This document shows positions 36,973 to 49,478 of a stretch of DNA of 64,000 nucleotides, in pieces. The notes below the pieces were generated by a model. That model searched no databases. It worked only from the letters and a program-made list of their open reading frames with translations, and was not told the origin of the DNA. Each line of letters begins with the position of its first letter. Position 1 is the stretch's first letter. Position numbers and translations under genes: made by a program. Source of the stretch: the human T2T-CHM13v2.0 reference genome, Homo sapiens; NCBI RefSeq assembly GCF_009914755.1, contig NC_060926.1, one strand, 5' to 3'.

Positions 36973-38774
36973 CTTAGTTCCTCACATTGAACCCTACCCA
37001 CTCTAGCTCTCTCGCCATCCCTGTTCCCTATTAGCTAGATTCCCCAATTCACACACCTGGAATCTCCAGAGAGGGAGTTCTAGAGTGTGGGACTCTCCCA
37101 CCAATCTGTGTGGATCATGAGTAGGTAGATCAGAGATCCATGGAAGGCCATCAAGACCATCAGTGGTTGGAGTAGGTCATGAACGTGATAGGGCCTTGAG
37201 GGTGAGTAGTTACTCCTCTCCCAATTTGGTAAAGAATAAACTTCTTCCAGGAAAATCACAGATATTGTCATAGACTGCAAGAAGAAAAAAAGCAAAAAAA
37301 AAAAAAAAAAAAAACAAAGGAAGGAAAGAAGAAGGAAAGGACAGAGAGAATTATGACTGTGTTGTGTCTTTCTCTGATACACACTCCTGGAGCTTCTCCA
37401 AGCCTGTACTTGCCTTCTATGCCATATGCAAATGCTGTAGAATGATTTCTTTCAGTGCTAACTTTATTTAATTCTATCATCATGGTTTTTACTTTAGGAA
37501 ATTTTGGTTCCAATAGTTTAAGAATAACATGGAACTGACCTTAGAAATTGTCTAATCCATATTGTGACTGGCATTATGAAAAAGCTATTATTGGTGAACC
37601 ATGGACTGCCCTGTGGGAGTTGGGAGGAGAAGGAGGGCAGAGGGGCAGAGTGGAAGAGGAGAAGCATTCACAGATGAATTCAAGGTCTTTGCATAAATGT
37701 GAGGTTTCTTACCACTATAATTTTTTTTAAATAAAATTAAAGAAGCAAGCAAGCAAACAAAACAAAGAGAAGATGGTTCCTGAGGACAGGTGTTTTATCT
37801 AAGACATGTTGGATGCCCAGGATCTCCTTATTAGGACTTAGGATATTAGGCCACAGAAACCAAAGATTTGTGAGGGAGAAGTTGGGGACCAGTGTCAGGT
37901 AGTCAGGCCTTTGCTGGTAGGAAGATGGGGCTTACATACCCTATAGCCACACAGGCTTGGCACTGGTCCTGGGTGAGGAGAGAGTGGGGCCCAGGTATAG
38001 GCCAGCCAGGCTTCCCCAGATGATGCGTCTGTACTTTCCAGTCTCACTCTGCTCCCCTCACCACCTCTCCACACAAGCCTCAGTTCTCAGTCACTAAGCA
38101 GCATTGAGAGGCAATTACAGGGTGCAGAACTCTGCCCGGGCTCCTGGAAGAAAAGAATATGTGCCATACTGTGCTAATGCAGGCTCTTCTATCATGCCTC
38201 TAATAAATGGGTTCAATAAATAAATGGGTTCTATAAATGGGTCCACAAGCGTATGTTTGATTCACTATACTTCATGTTGTCATTTTCGCTGGCTCCTTGG
38301 GGAGAAGTCTCATGCTTCAGGGAAAGGCACGATTCACCAGAAGCCCCACCTCAAACTTCCTTTTTGTTTTTGTTTTTAAAAATGAACTTTTGTGTTCTCA
38401 CAGCTCCATCCAGCAGGGAATCCTAAGGAAGCTCTGAGGAGAGCCACAGCACCCCCTTTCTCCTGCCTGGGTGTCTCCTGTCCCTCCACACCAGCTCCGT
38501 CCGCTCCTTTAGTTTGGAATATTTCCTTAACAGACCTGTAGGCTCTGCCTCCCTACTCCCTCCTAAGCCCTCATCCGCAATCCACATGTCTGACCTCTCC
38601 AAATAGATTACTAGTTCAGTTGGTTGCTGGACATCTTAGCTCTCTTGCTATCCATATGATATTGGACAAGGAGAAAGACAGGGTTTTTCTTTGTTTTTTG
38701 TTTAAGGAGAAAAGTGATATAAATGCCCCTAGTCCTTGTCAAGTTTTATGTTATTATCCTTTCCTCAAAATAGA

Positions 38775-38903
38775 GCACACATGCACACACCACATACACA
38801 TACCACATACATCTGCACACATGTGCACATAAACACCCACACACGTACACACCACATACACATACACACACGACACACCACAAATACATGTGCACACATA
38901 TAC
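38775..38903. repeat. Degenerate CA-rich simple repeat
   Basis: CACACATGCACACACCACATACACAT... Confidence 0.85.
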
Positions 38904-40493
38904 AGAAAGTTTTTGCTGTAGATATGTCATTCCTTTAGCAACTATTTTACACTTTTTGGAGTCTTCTCTCACTATTAGAAAGAGCTTTGCGGTTTACTTT
39001 TAGAGAAAAAATCCACCTCCTCCTTTAGCATCTAGTCATCAGTTGGGAGACAGTTTTTTTTTTTCCCAATTAGAAGGAAAAAAATTCCAAGTCTATTTTA
39101 GAAAAGAAATAAATATTCTCTTTCTCAAAATGCATTTTCAGCCAAAATATGCCATCTGGGGGATGTTAGAAATTTCAGTCAGTTTATCTTTATAAACTAT
39201 TGAAGCTGCACCTGTTATAAATGGCCTCTGACACAAAACATTCTAGAAACTTCGAAAACAACATTGAACATGACTTCTTGACTACAGATTTAAACTTATT
39301 TCATCATACGTGCTTCACAGACAGTGAGCTATAAGGTGTTTAATTAGGGCACAGCAGTCATTTAATTTAGCAGTTAAATAACTTCAACTAAGATAACGGG
39401 TTAATTTTGAGGAGAGTGATAAACTCCACTCCCTAGGTCTTGTTTTATTGGACTATGGGGCTTAGCCCTTAGCACTGGATTGGCTTGGGAATTTATTTAC
39501 TGATGAATTCAACCAATATTACAGGTACTTTTTTAAAGGCAGTCAGCTGAAAGTTGGAGGAAATTCTGTTTCAGATTCTAAGAAAATAAACAAATCTGCT
39601 CACCTTCCACTCTATGCTACCTTTTCTATTTTGAGAGAATAAACCTCTAAATCTTTAGACTTTTATGAAGAACACTTACCATCATTTGAATGTCTCTCTT
39701 CATTTCCAGTCTATTCTGAAAGTATCTTCCTCCCACCACTAGGCTTTAGTAAATATTTATAACCCAATCATCTCAAGTCCATTGGACTCCATCACTGGTA
39801 TGTTTCAATTATTTAAAGTCAGAATAGCATCTTCTGGGCAGCTAATGACGTCTCAATAGATATACATTATCGAAACATATTGTTATTTACTTAATAAATC
39901 AAGCCTGTTGGGGAAAGTAGATGCAATTCAAGTACCAGAAATGAGGAATAATGATGGCATAGATCATTTCTGAATCACTCTAGCCCATTTTACAGCCTGT
40001 AAAGTACACTGAATTCCATAAAAGTGACAAATGGTACAACATTGTAATAAATAGCTATAGTTTGTGCATTGTGAATTGGAGCTTAGATTCATATTGAAAC
40101 TCTCTGTCAAAAAAGAAGAAGATGAATTAAGTATTAAAATCATACTCTGTAAAAGGAATTATATATTTTCCATTTATCTTGATTTATTATATGACATCAT
40201 GTGCTTAAGTATATGTAACCTTTCCAAATTGAGTTGATTTAATGTGAAGGGAAAAAATGTTAAAAAAGAAAATTTGGTGTATGTTTAGAATTTTCTTTAT
40301 TTTCCTGCTATATTTTTATAAAACTTTTAACTGTTCCATGGAAGCTTAATCATATTACATTTTTTAAGTTGAATTCCCAGAAATATGCAATAACATCTAC
40401 AGGGCTTATTAAGAACAAATGTGCTAAATCACAATTAATATGACTGTTTTTCATTCAAATTTCAACGTTTGCATATTAAGAATACATAAAACT

Positions 40494-40799
<306 letters not shown>

Positions 40800-41530
40800 T
40801 CAGTGAAATATTAGCTGTATGAAGAGAGTGACTACGCTGAAGGGTGAATCTAGACTTCCAAAATGACAGACCGAGGAATGGGCATGCCTTGAATTTTTCC
40901 AAATTTCCTGGAATTTAAGTGATACATCTACCGTTCTATTTATCATTGAAAAATAATTCTTAGAGGAATAAGCACATGTAAACAATATTCTATTGACATC
41001 TGCTATTTACTCCCTCAAGTTAACAATACAGCCACAAAATGATTAAGATGAACAAACCCAACTCTTACTGCATTGCTTCCTAAGGAGATGAAGTGGTTTT
41101 TCTTAGGCATGTGCATTGGCTCCATTTTTTTTAAAGTTGGTTTGCAGCACACTTCAGGAGGCCAGAAGCTAAACAAGCAAGTGTGAGCGTTAGCCTGTAG
41201 GAAAGACAAAGGCACAAAGTGAGGAAAAGAAATGTGTCTTGGTCACCCTCACCTTTCCCGGTGTCCAACTGACATTACACCATCTCTCTGTCCTCTGCTC
41301 ATCTGCCTCTTGCATGTTGCATTCTTGAAGCTTTCCTCTGTCATTTTGCTAATTTCTGGGATGGAGCTCGCAGCTCACCCGCTGGGATAGCAGGAGAATG
41401 GGTGTGAAGTATCAAGGGCTGGGTTGGCCACAATGTCCTCCTTCGCCTTCCAGCAATCGATTCCTTTGTGCTCCATTTTTTCCAAGTGTATCAAATGGAT
41501 CCAACGCTGTCCTGTGCGGAGTAAAAGAGG

Positions 41531-41574
41531 TATTCTAATGATATTCTAATGGTATTCAAATGATATTCTAATGG
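41531..41574. repeat. 11-bp tandem repeat x4 (TATTCTAATGA/G)
   Basis: TATTCTAATGA TATTCTAATGG TATTCAAATGA TATTCTAATGG. Confidence 0.9.
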
Positions 41575-43278
41575 GAGGTGTAATTTTATGAATACTTCTT
41601 GCATCTCATCTCCACAATTAAAGCATAAATTTTTTGGTTTGAATTCTGTCAACAGAGACTATTCACTAGGCCCCTTCTCTACACAAGGCTAAGTTGCTAT
41701 ATATGTCCTATTTTATATAATTATCTAACCAAGCAGAAACGTAAATATATATCTTCATTTAGCTTATGAAGGAAATAATTTCCAAGCTCACTAAGACCAT
41801 AGCAGAGGAGAAAGACTCAAGACCATGGTTGTCTGATGGCAAAGCACCTACTCTTCCCCCTATTTCATATTGATTCTCATTAACAACTAAGGTTATTTAG
41901 AAACTATATATTCCATGATATAAGGTACCCGGCAGATCACAGGCCTTCATAAAAGTTTTAAGTTAATAAATCAACCACTGAGGGAAAAGGTTTTTTCTCT
42001 GAAGTCCTGGGTTTTCCACTGGTACCAAGGTATTAATAGTATCTTATACATAGTAGACATAAGGGAAAGGAAAATAGAGGAGAAAAGGAAAAAAAATTGG
42101 GGAGAAATGAGGTAGATGAGTGAAGGAAGATGAATGAAAAGAAAGACAAAAGGCAAAGCAGGGAAGGAGAAAGAATATCTCAGGAACGATTTCTGTTCCA
42201 ACCATTGATAAACTGGTACAAGGAGTCTACTGCTCTCAGGCTGTGGTGCACTGTTTGTTTTGTTTTTGAAATTATAATGAAAGAAGAGAGAGATTTAAAG
42301 ATCTTCACTCACCAGAAAAGTTTTGTCTCCTTTCATCCATTAATAATTTTATTTAATTTCAATCACTTAGAGTGGTGTGGACTAAGGATGCTCTTATTGC
42401 CTTCAGGGAACACTGCAGAGGCCTGGAATGAGTTATATAAGCAATATACAAGCAAATGTCAAGTGTAAGCCTCCTCTAAGCTCAGTGGGGCCTCGTGATG
42501 GAGGTTATAGCAAGAATGGCTGTGAGCCTCTGGTTCAAGAAGGGCTAATCCTGGCTGTGTTCCTGTTCTGCCAAGACAGGAACTCTGTCACTATCTCCTT
42601 AGCCTTAGTGGACTAGAGCATTAGCTCTTGTATTTTCTTTTGCACAACAGCTGCTGGGCTTCTCTTTTAGGCCTCAAAATGCCTGGTATAGTGCGTGACA
42701 TGAAATAAGTCCTCAGCAAATACCTATTGGATTGGATTGATTAAGTGGGAAAGAATGGAGTAATGGCTTTGTCTTACCACATTGCCCACCTGATCTGTTC
42801 TTTCTTTTTGTCCCAAGCACTTAAAGCATTCTTATTGAGTCATGGTGACAAGCTACTCTCTGGATAAGGCTTCTTGAAATGGATTTTAGTCAAGCTTAGC
42901 ACCAACGGCCATTAGGAAGCCAACAACACAACACATTTCTCCTCTGTACTTCGCAGATTATTTAGTGAACTCAGCCATGCTTCCCTTGGAGGAGTGAAAA
43001 CAGACATGGAAACTGGGGTGAGGCACACAGCGCAGCATACTTCTGTCCTGGTGTGGACCTCTGCATGAAGAAATGTGATGTGCTAAATAAATTCCTATCC
43101 CCAGGAGGCTTGTCTTCTTATCTCAGACCTGCCACCTATAAACTACGTGACTTCCTGGTGTTATAATTTACTCTTCTTGTGCCACAGATTCCTTGTATTT
43201 AAAGTGGATATTTGCTAAGTGTCTGCTATGGGTCAGGTGCAGTGCTAGGCACACATGGACACTTAACTCATAGAATAG

Positions 43279-43670
43279 ATTCATTCATTCATTCATTCAT
43301 TCATTCAATGTATATTATTAAGTACCTCCCTCTGTGTTCCAGACACTATTCTGGTTACTAGAAATACTGCAATGAACAAAACAGATAAAAATAAAATATC
43401 TTTACCCTTATGGGGGTGGATGTCTATAATTCAGACATATGAGAAATGGACTCTGTGTTCAGTAGCCATGAATACTAAAGAGAAAGAGAAAGCAGGCGAG
43501 GGAGACACAATTTTCAGGGGTTCAGGTTCAATTATCAGAAGCGTTTTTTCCTTATCTCTTGTCTTTAGATAGCCTGCTTGGGAGACAATTCACTGAGCAA
43601 ACCATGCCACTGTCAGGAAGAACATTCTGGGCTCAGGGACCAGCAAGAGCAAAGGAGCTCAGCCATATTA
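43279..43670 (-). mobile_element. L2a 3' end with (CATT)n tail
   Basis: (TTCA)7 followed by TTAAGTACCTCCC...CCAGACACTATTCTGG...GCAATGAACAAAACAGA. Confidence 0.8.
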
Positions 43671-43759
43671 ACGACTGTGCCAGGATATTTTACTACACAG
43701 TGAAAAACACTGTTTAAAATAATGAGGCATTATCACAGAAAAAGAAATGATCACATTTA

Positions 43760-43990
43760 AAAAAATAAATTTGTATGTAGAAATAATTTTATATGTGCAA
43801 GAAAGTTGCAAAGAGAGTGCAGAGAGTTCTCACATGCTCCTCGACATCTTCTTTTCATTAGCATTTTGCGTTATCATGGTGTATTTGTCAAAACGGAGAA
43901 ACCAACTAAATTATGATCCTGCTGGTTTCTCCACTAATGTCCTTTTTCTGTTCCAAGATCTAATCCATAATACAAAATTATATTCAGGAA
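43760..43990 (-). mobile_element. L1MC-type 3' end fragment
   Basis: AAGAAAGTTGCAAAGAGAGTGCAGAGAGTTCTCA...CCACTAATGTCCTTTTTCTGTTCCAAGATC. Confidence 0.7.
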
Positions 43991-44124
43991 AGTCCATTTT
44001 AAACTTAGGTGTTAAGTTTTATTTTTAATTCTGATTGAATGCTATTTCCGTGTACCAGGTAGCAGTTGAAAGGCAGTTGGCAAATACTTGTTAGGCCACC
44101 AAGTCTCCCTTAAGTGAGTCACAC

Positions 44125-44305
44125 ACAGCAGGAAGAACACCAGGCAGGTGGTCTAGAGTCCTGGGTCTTCATCCCAGCTCTTCCTCAACCAAACATGTGT
44201 CCTTGGACAAGTTTTCCTCTGGAGCTGAGGCAGATTTCTTCTGTACAAAATTTAGAAATTTAGGTTAGATTTGTAAGATCCCTCCAACCTCTTAAATTCT
44301 GCCCT
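44125..44305 (+). mobile_element. MIR3/MIRc-like SINE
   Basis: CCTGGGTCTTCATCCCAGCTCT...GTCCTTGGACAAG...AAGATCCCTCCAACCTCTTAAATTCTG. Confidence 0.6.
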
Positions 44306-44617
44306 GGCATTATCATGGCATCAGTATCTTCATACTCAGAAGCATCAAAAATTATGTGACTGATTTCCCTAATGCCAAACATTGGTTCATTACAGCACCA
44401 GAGTGGGCTGAGAGAGCTTCAGCACAACCCTTGCCTCTGACTACCATACTCCACTCCAGGCTCCCTCCTTCCTATCTCCCATCCTCCAACAGCTGGCTCC
44501 AGACAGTAGGTGTTAACGGCTGAGATCACTAAATGAATAGGAACTATTCTTAGTATTTTACTTGTATTTCTTATAAACACCCTTATGAGGCAGGTACAAT
44601 TTTTTTGGCTTATCTAT

Positions 44618-45097
44618 CTTGGTAGACAGAATAATAGCCCCCTAAAGATGACCTTGTTGAAATCCTCTGAAGCTGTGAGTATGCTGTCTTACAAATCTCA
44701 CATCTGCAAAGGGATTTTGCAGATGTGATCAAAGTAAGGATCTTTTTTCCTTAGTTGGAGATTAGAATATGGGGAGATTATCCTGGGGAGATAGGGAGTT
44801 ATTCTGGTGGGACTGATATAATCATAAGGGTTGTTTTAAGAGGGAGGCAAGAAGTCAGAGAGCAGAGGAGAGGCTACATTGCTGATTTTGAAGATGAAGC
44901 AAGGGGCCATAAGCCAAGGAACGTATGAGGCATCTAGAAGCTGGAAAAGGTAAGGAAACAGATTCTTTCCTAGAGTCACCAGCCTGTGACATAATAAAAT
45001 TACATTTTTTAAAGCTACTACATTTGTAGTAGCATATTGGCATATTGGTTTCTACATTAGTAGTAATTTGTTACAACCTCAATAAGAAATCAATATG
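44618..45097 (+). mobile_element. MLT1C/D MaLR solo LTR, locally rearranged, inserted in an antisense MIR
   Basis: TGGTAGACAGAATAATAGCCCC start; GCATCTAGAAGCTGGAAAAGGTAAGGAAACAGATTCT; TAATTTGTTACA near the end. Confidence 0.85.
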
Positions 45098-45124
45098 CCC
45101 ATGAAAGTTAAAAGAATGTGTCCA

Positions 45125-45468
45125 GAGCTGGAAGGCATTATCCTCAGCAAACTAAGGTGGTAACAGAAAACCAAACACTGCATGTTTTCCCTCAGAATGG
45201 GCACTGAACAATGAGAACTCACGGACACAGGAACGGGAACAACACACACTGGGGCCTGTGGGAGGTCGGGGACTGGAGGAAGGGAGAACATCAGGAAAAA
45301 TAGCTAATGCATGCTGGGCTTAATACTTAAGTGATGGGTTGATCGGTGCAGCAAACCACTATGACAGATGCTTACCTATGTAACAACCTGTACATCCTGC
45401 ACATGTACCCTGGAACTTAAAATTAAAAAAAAAGAGAGAGAGAGATACTGTAAAAAAAAAAAAAAAAA
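45125..45468 (+). mobile_element. 5'-truncated L1PA (approx. L1PA11-13) 3' end with bipartite tail
   Basis: L1 3' UTR followed by two A-tracts. Flanking direct repeat GTGTCCA at 45118-45124 and 45469-45475. Confidence 0.92.
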
Positions 45469-45562
45469 GTGTCCAAAATTGGGTAACTGGTAAGTGGTTC
45501 AGTCTAGATTTGAGCATAGGCCATACTGCTTCACTAATGTAATGAAAAGGCCTTCCCCATAG

Positions 45563-45811
45563 TTTTTTTTCTTTTATTGATACACACTATTTTATATATT
45601 TATGGGGGCACATGTGAGTGTTGCATGCATAGAATGTATGATGATCAAGTCAGGGTATTTGGGGTATCTACCACTATGAATATTTATCATTTCTATATGT
45701 TGGTATAAAGTTCTAACTTCTGGTTACTTTGAAATAATCAAAATACGATTGCTGAGTATAGTCACTCGTGAATGGAACTGGAGGTCATTATGTTAAGTAA
45801 AATAAGCCAGG
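45563..45811 (-). mobile_element. L1MA-type 3' end with inverted 5' segment
   Basis: 45563-45767 is antisense L1MA 3' UTR. 45768-45811 (GAATGGAACTGGAGGTCATTATGTTAAGTAAAATAAGCCAGG) is sense-oriented L1. Confidence 0.85.
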
Positions 45812-47215
45812 TCTATAGGCTTTTTGTGATGCTTGAACGAAGTACACAGAGAATGCAATGCTTAGAACACACAAATATCATTGAGTTCTGTAGTTACCAC
45901 AACAATTTGTGGCTCTAGTCCACGATTTCTCAATCCTGTCACACTCACCCACCCATCCCATTATCGCCTCAATCCCGAGCCTCTGTCCTCGGATCTGACC
46001 TGTTTGACTTTTGTAAGACGACAATCAGAATTACAGTGTCAAAAATGACCTCATGCAATTGTACAGCAACTTATGCTATTCACCTTGCATAAGTAAACGC
46101 GATCATATTTAGTTTTGAGTCAAACATCCTTGGGAATGAGTTAAAGAATGATTCGCCTTTGCTGTAGGTGTACCTATCCCTCTCTCTTGCTCTTTCTGTT
46201 CATTTGCCTTCTGCATTCTACCTATTCTTACATGTTTGTCTCTGTATCACCAAATCTATTTTGGTCCCTTCACTTCAGCCTATTTCTTGTTTTTGTAGCA
46301 GTCCAGAACAAAGCTACAATTTATTATTTAATACATAAATAGAATTTATGTGTTTTTAATATAAAGATCAGAACTGTAGGAGGTTTTATATTTTCCTTAA
46401 AACTCCAGGCAAACAAGATTTTTGACTAAATTGCTTTTTTATATATGATTCTGCTTTTTCTCATCTTATATGTTAATAGTCTTGGGTATGAAAAGTACTT
46501 AAATTTAGAGACATGGTAATTTAGAGACAGAGGCCTGGTTTAGATATGCTGACTTTTTAACACTGAGAAAGTCTCTTAGAGTCCCTGAAGATGAAAGTGT
46601 AGATTTTAGTTACTAATTCACCTCTTGTGCTTGTTATCCATATGAGGAGCTGGTAAGGGACAAATCCTGCAAGAGTGAGAAAAAGCACCCATTTTTCTAT
46701 TTGCTCTACATTTGGGCTTAAATTGCTGCTAAGTCATTCCCCGAGGGAAATCTGGAGTGAGTGCATGTTACAAATAAACACTCCCAACTTTGCTTTCCAC
46801 AGCCTCAGCATTTTCAGCTCCATAAGAGACGCTCTGAACAAGCAAATGTGCTTTTAACTTAGCTCTAAAATATGTCCTGATAGGTGGGAGCTATTTTTAA
46901 GACAACAGCAAGGACCCGGCAGACTGATATTTGCTGGAACCCAAATTGCCTCACATCTTCTCTGACTTTGCCCAACAATGAGGCCCATCAGGTTATTATT
47001 GTCCCCTGAGAAAATATATTTTGCATTGCACTGTATGTTACTGCTCCCCTTAAAGATGTTGGACATTTTTAAGCTGCGTAATGAGGAAGAGAAAGTGGGT
47101 GGCAGGATAAAGAAGTGGGAAAATGGTAAAGAGTCCTGCATGAGAAACAAAGAAATCTTTGCAAAGTGAAACAAGAGCAAAAGAGTAAGATAATTTAAAC
47201 TAGAGTGATAAATCA

Positions 47216-47360
47216 CACTCACACACACACACACGTGTGCACGCCTATCAACCTATCAGCCATCTGTTAATCAATTATTTATTAATTATCTATGTAGCCA
47301 TCTATGTCAACTGTCAATCAATGTATCATTTATTTATCTGTCAATCTATCATCTACCATG
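47216..47360. repeat. (CA)n followed by degenerate (TATC/TCAA)n
   Basis: ACACACACACACACGTGTG, then ATCTATGTAGCCATCTATGTCAA... Confidence 0.7.
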
Positions 47361-47944
47361 TAGGAGGCAGGAGGGAGAATGCTATATTTGAACTAAAGCA
47401 GAATAAAATAGTAAAACTAGTCTCTGTGTTTCTTTTGTCAAAGAGGGTGAATATGCCATGAAAGTCTAATGGGGGATGAGAAGTTTGTCTCCTTCTCTTC
47501 TTTCCTCTCAGCAGCACCCCCTTTCCCACTTCAAGTCCTCCTCAAGGCCAGGTGCTATATATTGAAAACAGGTTTATAAAAACTATTCAAAATATTCCTG
47601 AGAGACCAGGTTTGTCACCAAAGACTTCCCAAATGATAACAAATCATTTTGTTATCATATTCTGAAAAGCAGAAAATGTGGACTGGAAGCCAGGAAACCT
47701 GGAGTGTAGTCTGGGTACTATATCTCACTCAAAGATAAATGGGAAAGGGCAGTTCTCCAACTTCAATATCACCGTGGGGCCCCCAAATCCAACCAACATA
47801 TCTAGAAGCTGTCTGACTAGATGTTCGAATATAACTCAAAACAATCCAACATAAGATCCCTTAGGTAGGAGCTTTGGCAATGTGTCCACAGTAGGCAGAA
47901 TGATGGGGGAACTTGAAATTATGATATGAAAAGTAGATGAAGGT

Positions 47945-48278
<334 letters not shown>

Positions 48279-48501
48279 TTAGAGATGTTTATCCTGGAAT
48301 AGAAAAAATTCATGGATGGACTATATAAACTCTGTGAAAGGCTGTCATGCACAGGAGGAATTTGATTTGTCCTATTCTATTGTAAACTGGTGGTTCTGAC
48401 ACGGCTTCCAGGGACTCATCTACTGGATCATAGTTAGACCCATAAGTAAAAATGACTGCTAGCTGTATACTGCTTAAATAAGAACAGTTTGGGGTGATAC
48501 T

Positions 48502-48920
48502 TGATTTTGTTTGGATTCGTGCCCCCACCCAAATCTCATGTTGAAGTGTAATCTCCAGTGCTGGAGACGGGGCGTACTGGGAGGTGATGGGATCATGGAG
48601 GTGGTGTCTAATGGGTTAGCACCATCCTCCTAGTGCTGTTCTCCTGAGAGTGAGTGAATGAGTGAGTTATCGTGAGATCTGGCTGTTTAAAAGTGTGGTG
48701 CCTCCTCACTCTCTCTTCCTCCTGCTCCTGCCGTGTGAAGTGCTGGCTTCCCTTTTGCCTTCCACCATGATTGTAAGTTTCCTGAGGCCTTCCCAGAAGC
48801 CAAGCAGATGCTGTCATGCTTCCTGGACAGCCTGTGGAACCGTGAGCCAATTAAACCTCTTTTTATAAATCACCCAGTCTTGCATATTTCTTTATATCAA
48901 TGAGAGAACAGACTAATACC
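48502..48920 (+). mobile_element. MSTA/MSTB MaLR solo LTR
   Basis: TGATTTTGTTTGGATTCGTGCCCCCACCCAAATCTCATG...GAACAGACTAATAC. Confidence 0.93.
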
Positions 48921-49169
48921 TTTAACATACGTGTAATGCCATCCCCTTTCTCTCATGATATGCCACTTCATAGAGGGCAGACGCCACCGCTAAAACTTAT
49001 GGAGGGAACCAGAAAGTGGTAGGGTACGTCTCTACAGAAAAATGTGCTTTCTATTGATGAAAATTCTGACAATTAATTGAATTGCTGTGGTAGGTAGTAA
49101 ACTCTGTCACTTAAGGTATTCAAGCAGAGGTTTGAATGAACTCTCTGTCACTCAAGGTATTCAAGCAGA

Positions 49170-49478
49170 GGTTATTAATTAATATAATACAATATTTATA
49201 CTACATATATTGTGTATATATTCTGTATATGTAGTATATAATATTTATACTACATATATTGTGTATATATTGTATATATATAGTATATAATACAATATTT
49301 ATACTATATATTGTGTACATATTGTGTACATGTAGTATATAATATTTATACTACATATATTGTGTATATATTATGTATATGTAGTATATAATACAATATT
49401 TATACCACATATATTGTGTATATGTAGTACATATATAATATATACAGTATACATATTGTATTATATTAATGAATAACC
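49170..49478. repeat. Palindromic AT-rich minisatellite (about 49-bp unit, about 5 copies) bounded by an inverted repeat
   Basis: Unit AATATTTATACTACATATATTGTGTATATATT..GTATATGTAGTATAT. Terminal arms 49170-49202 and 49446-49478 are reverse complements with 2 mismatches. Confidence 0.92.

Noticed and set aside
49170-49478. MITE with terminal inverted repeats
   Set aside because: No flanking target-site duplication is visible, and the arms are made of the same sequence as the internal minisatellite. A local fold-back origin is simpler.
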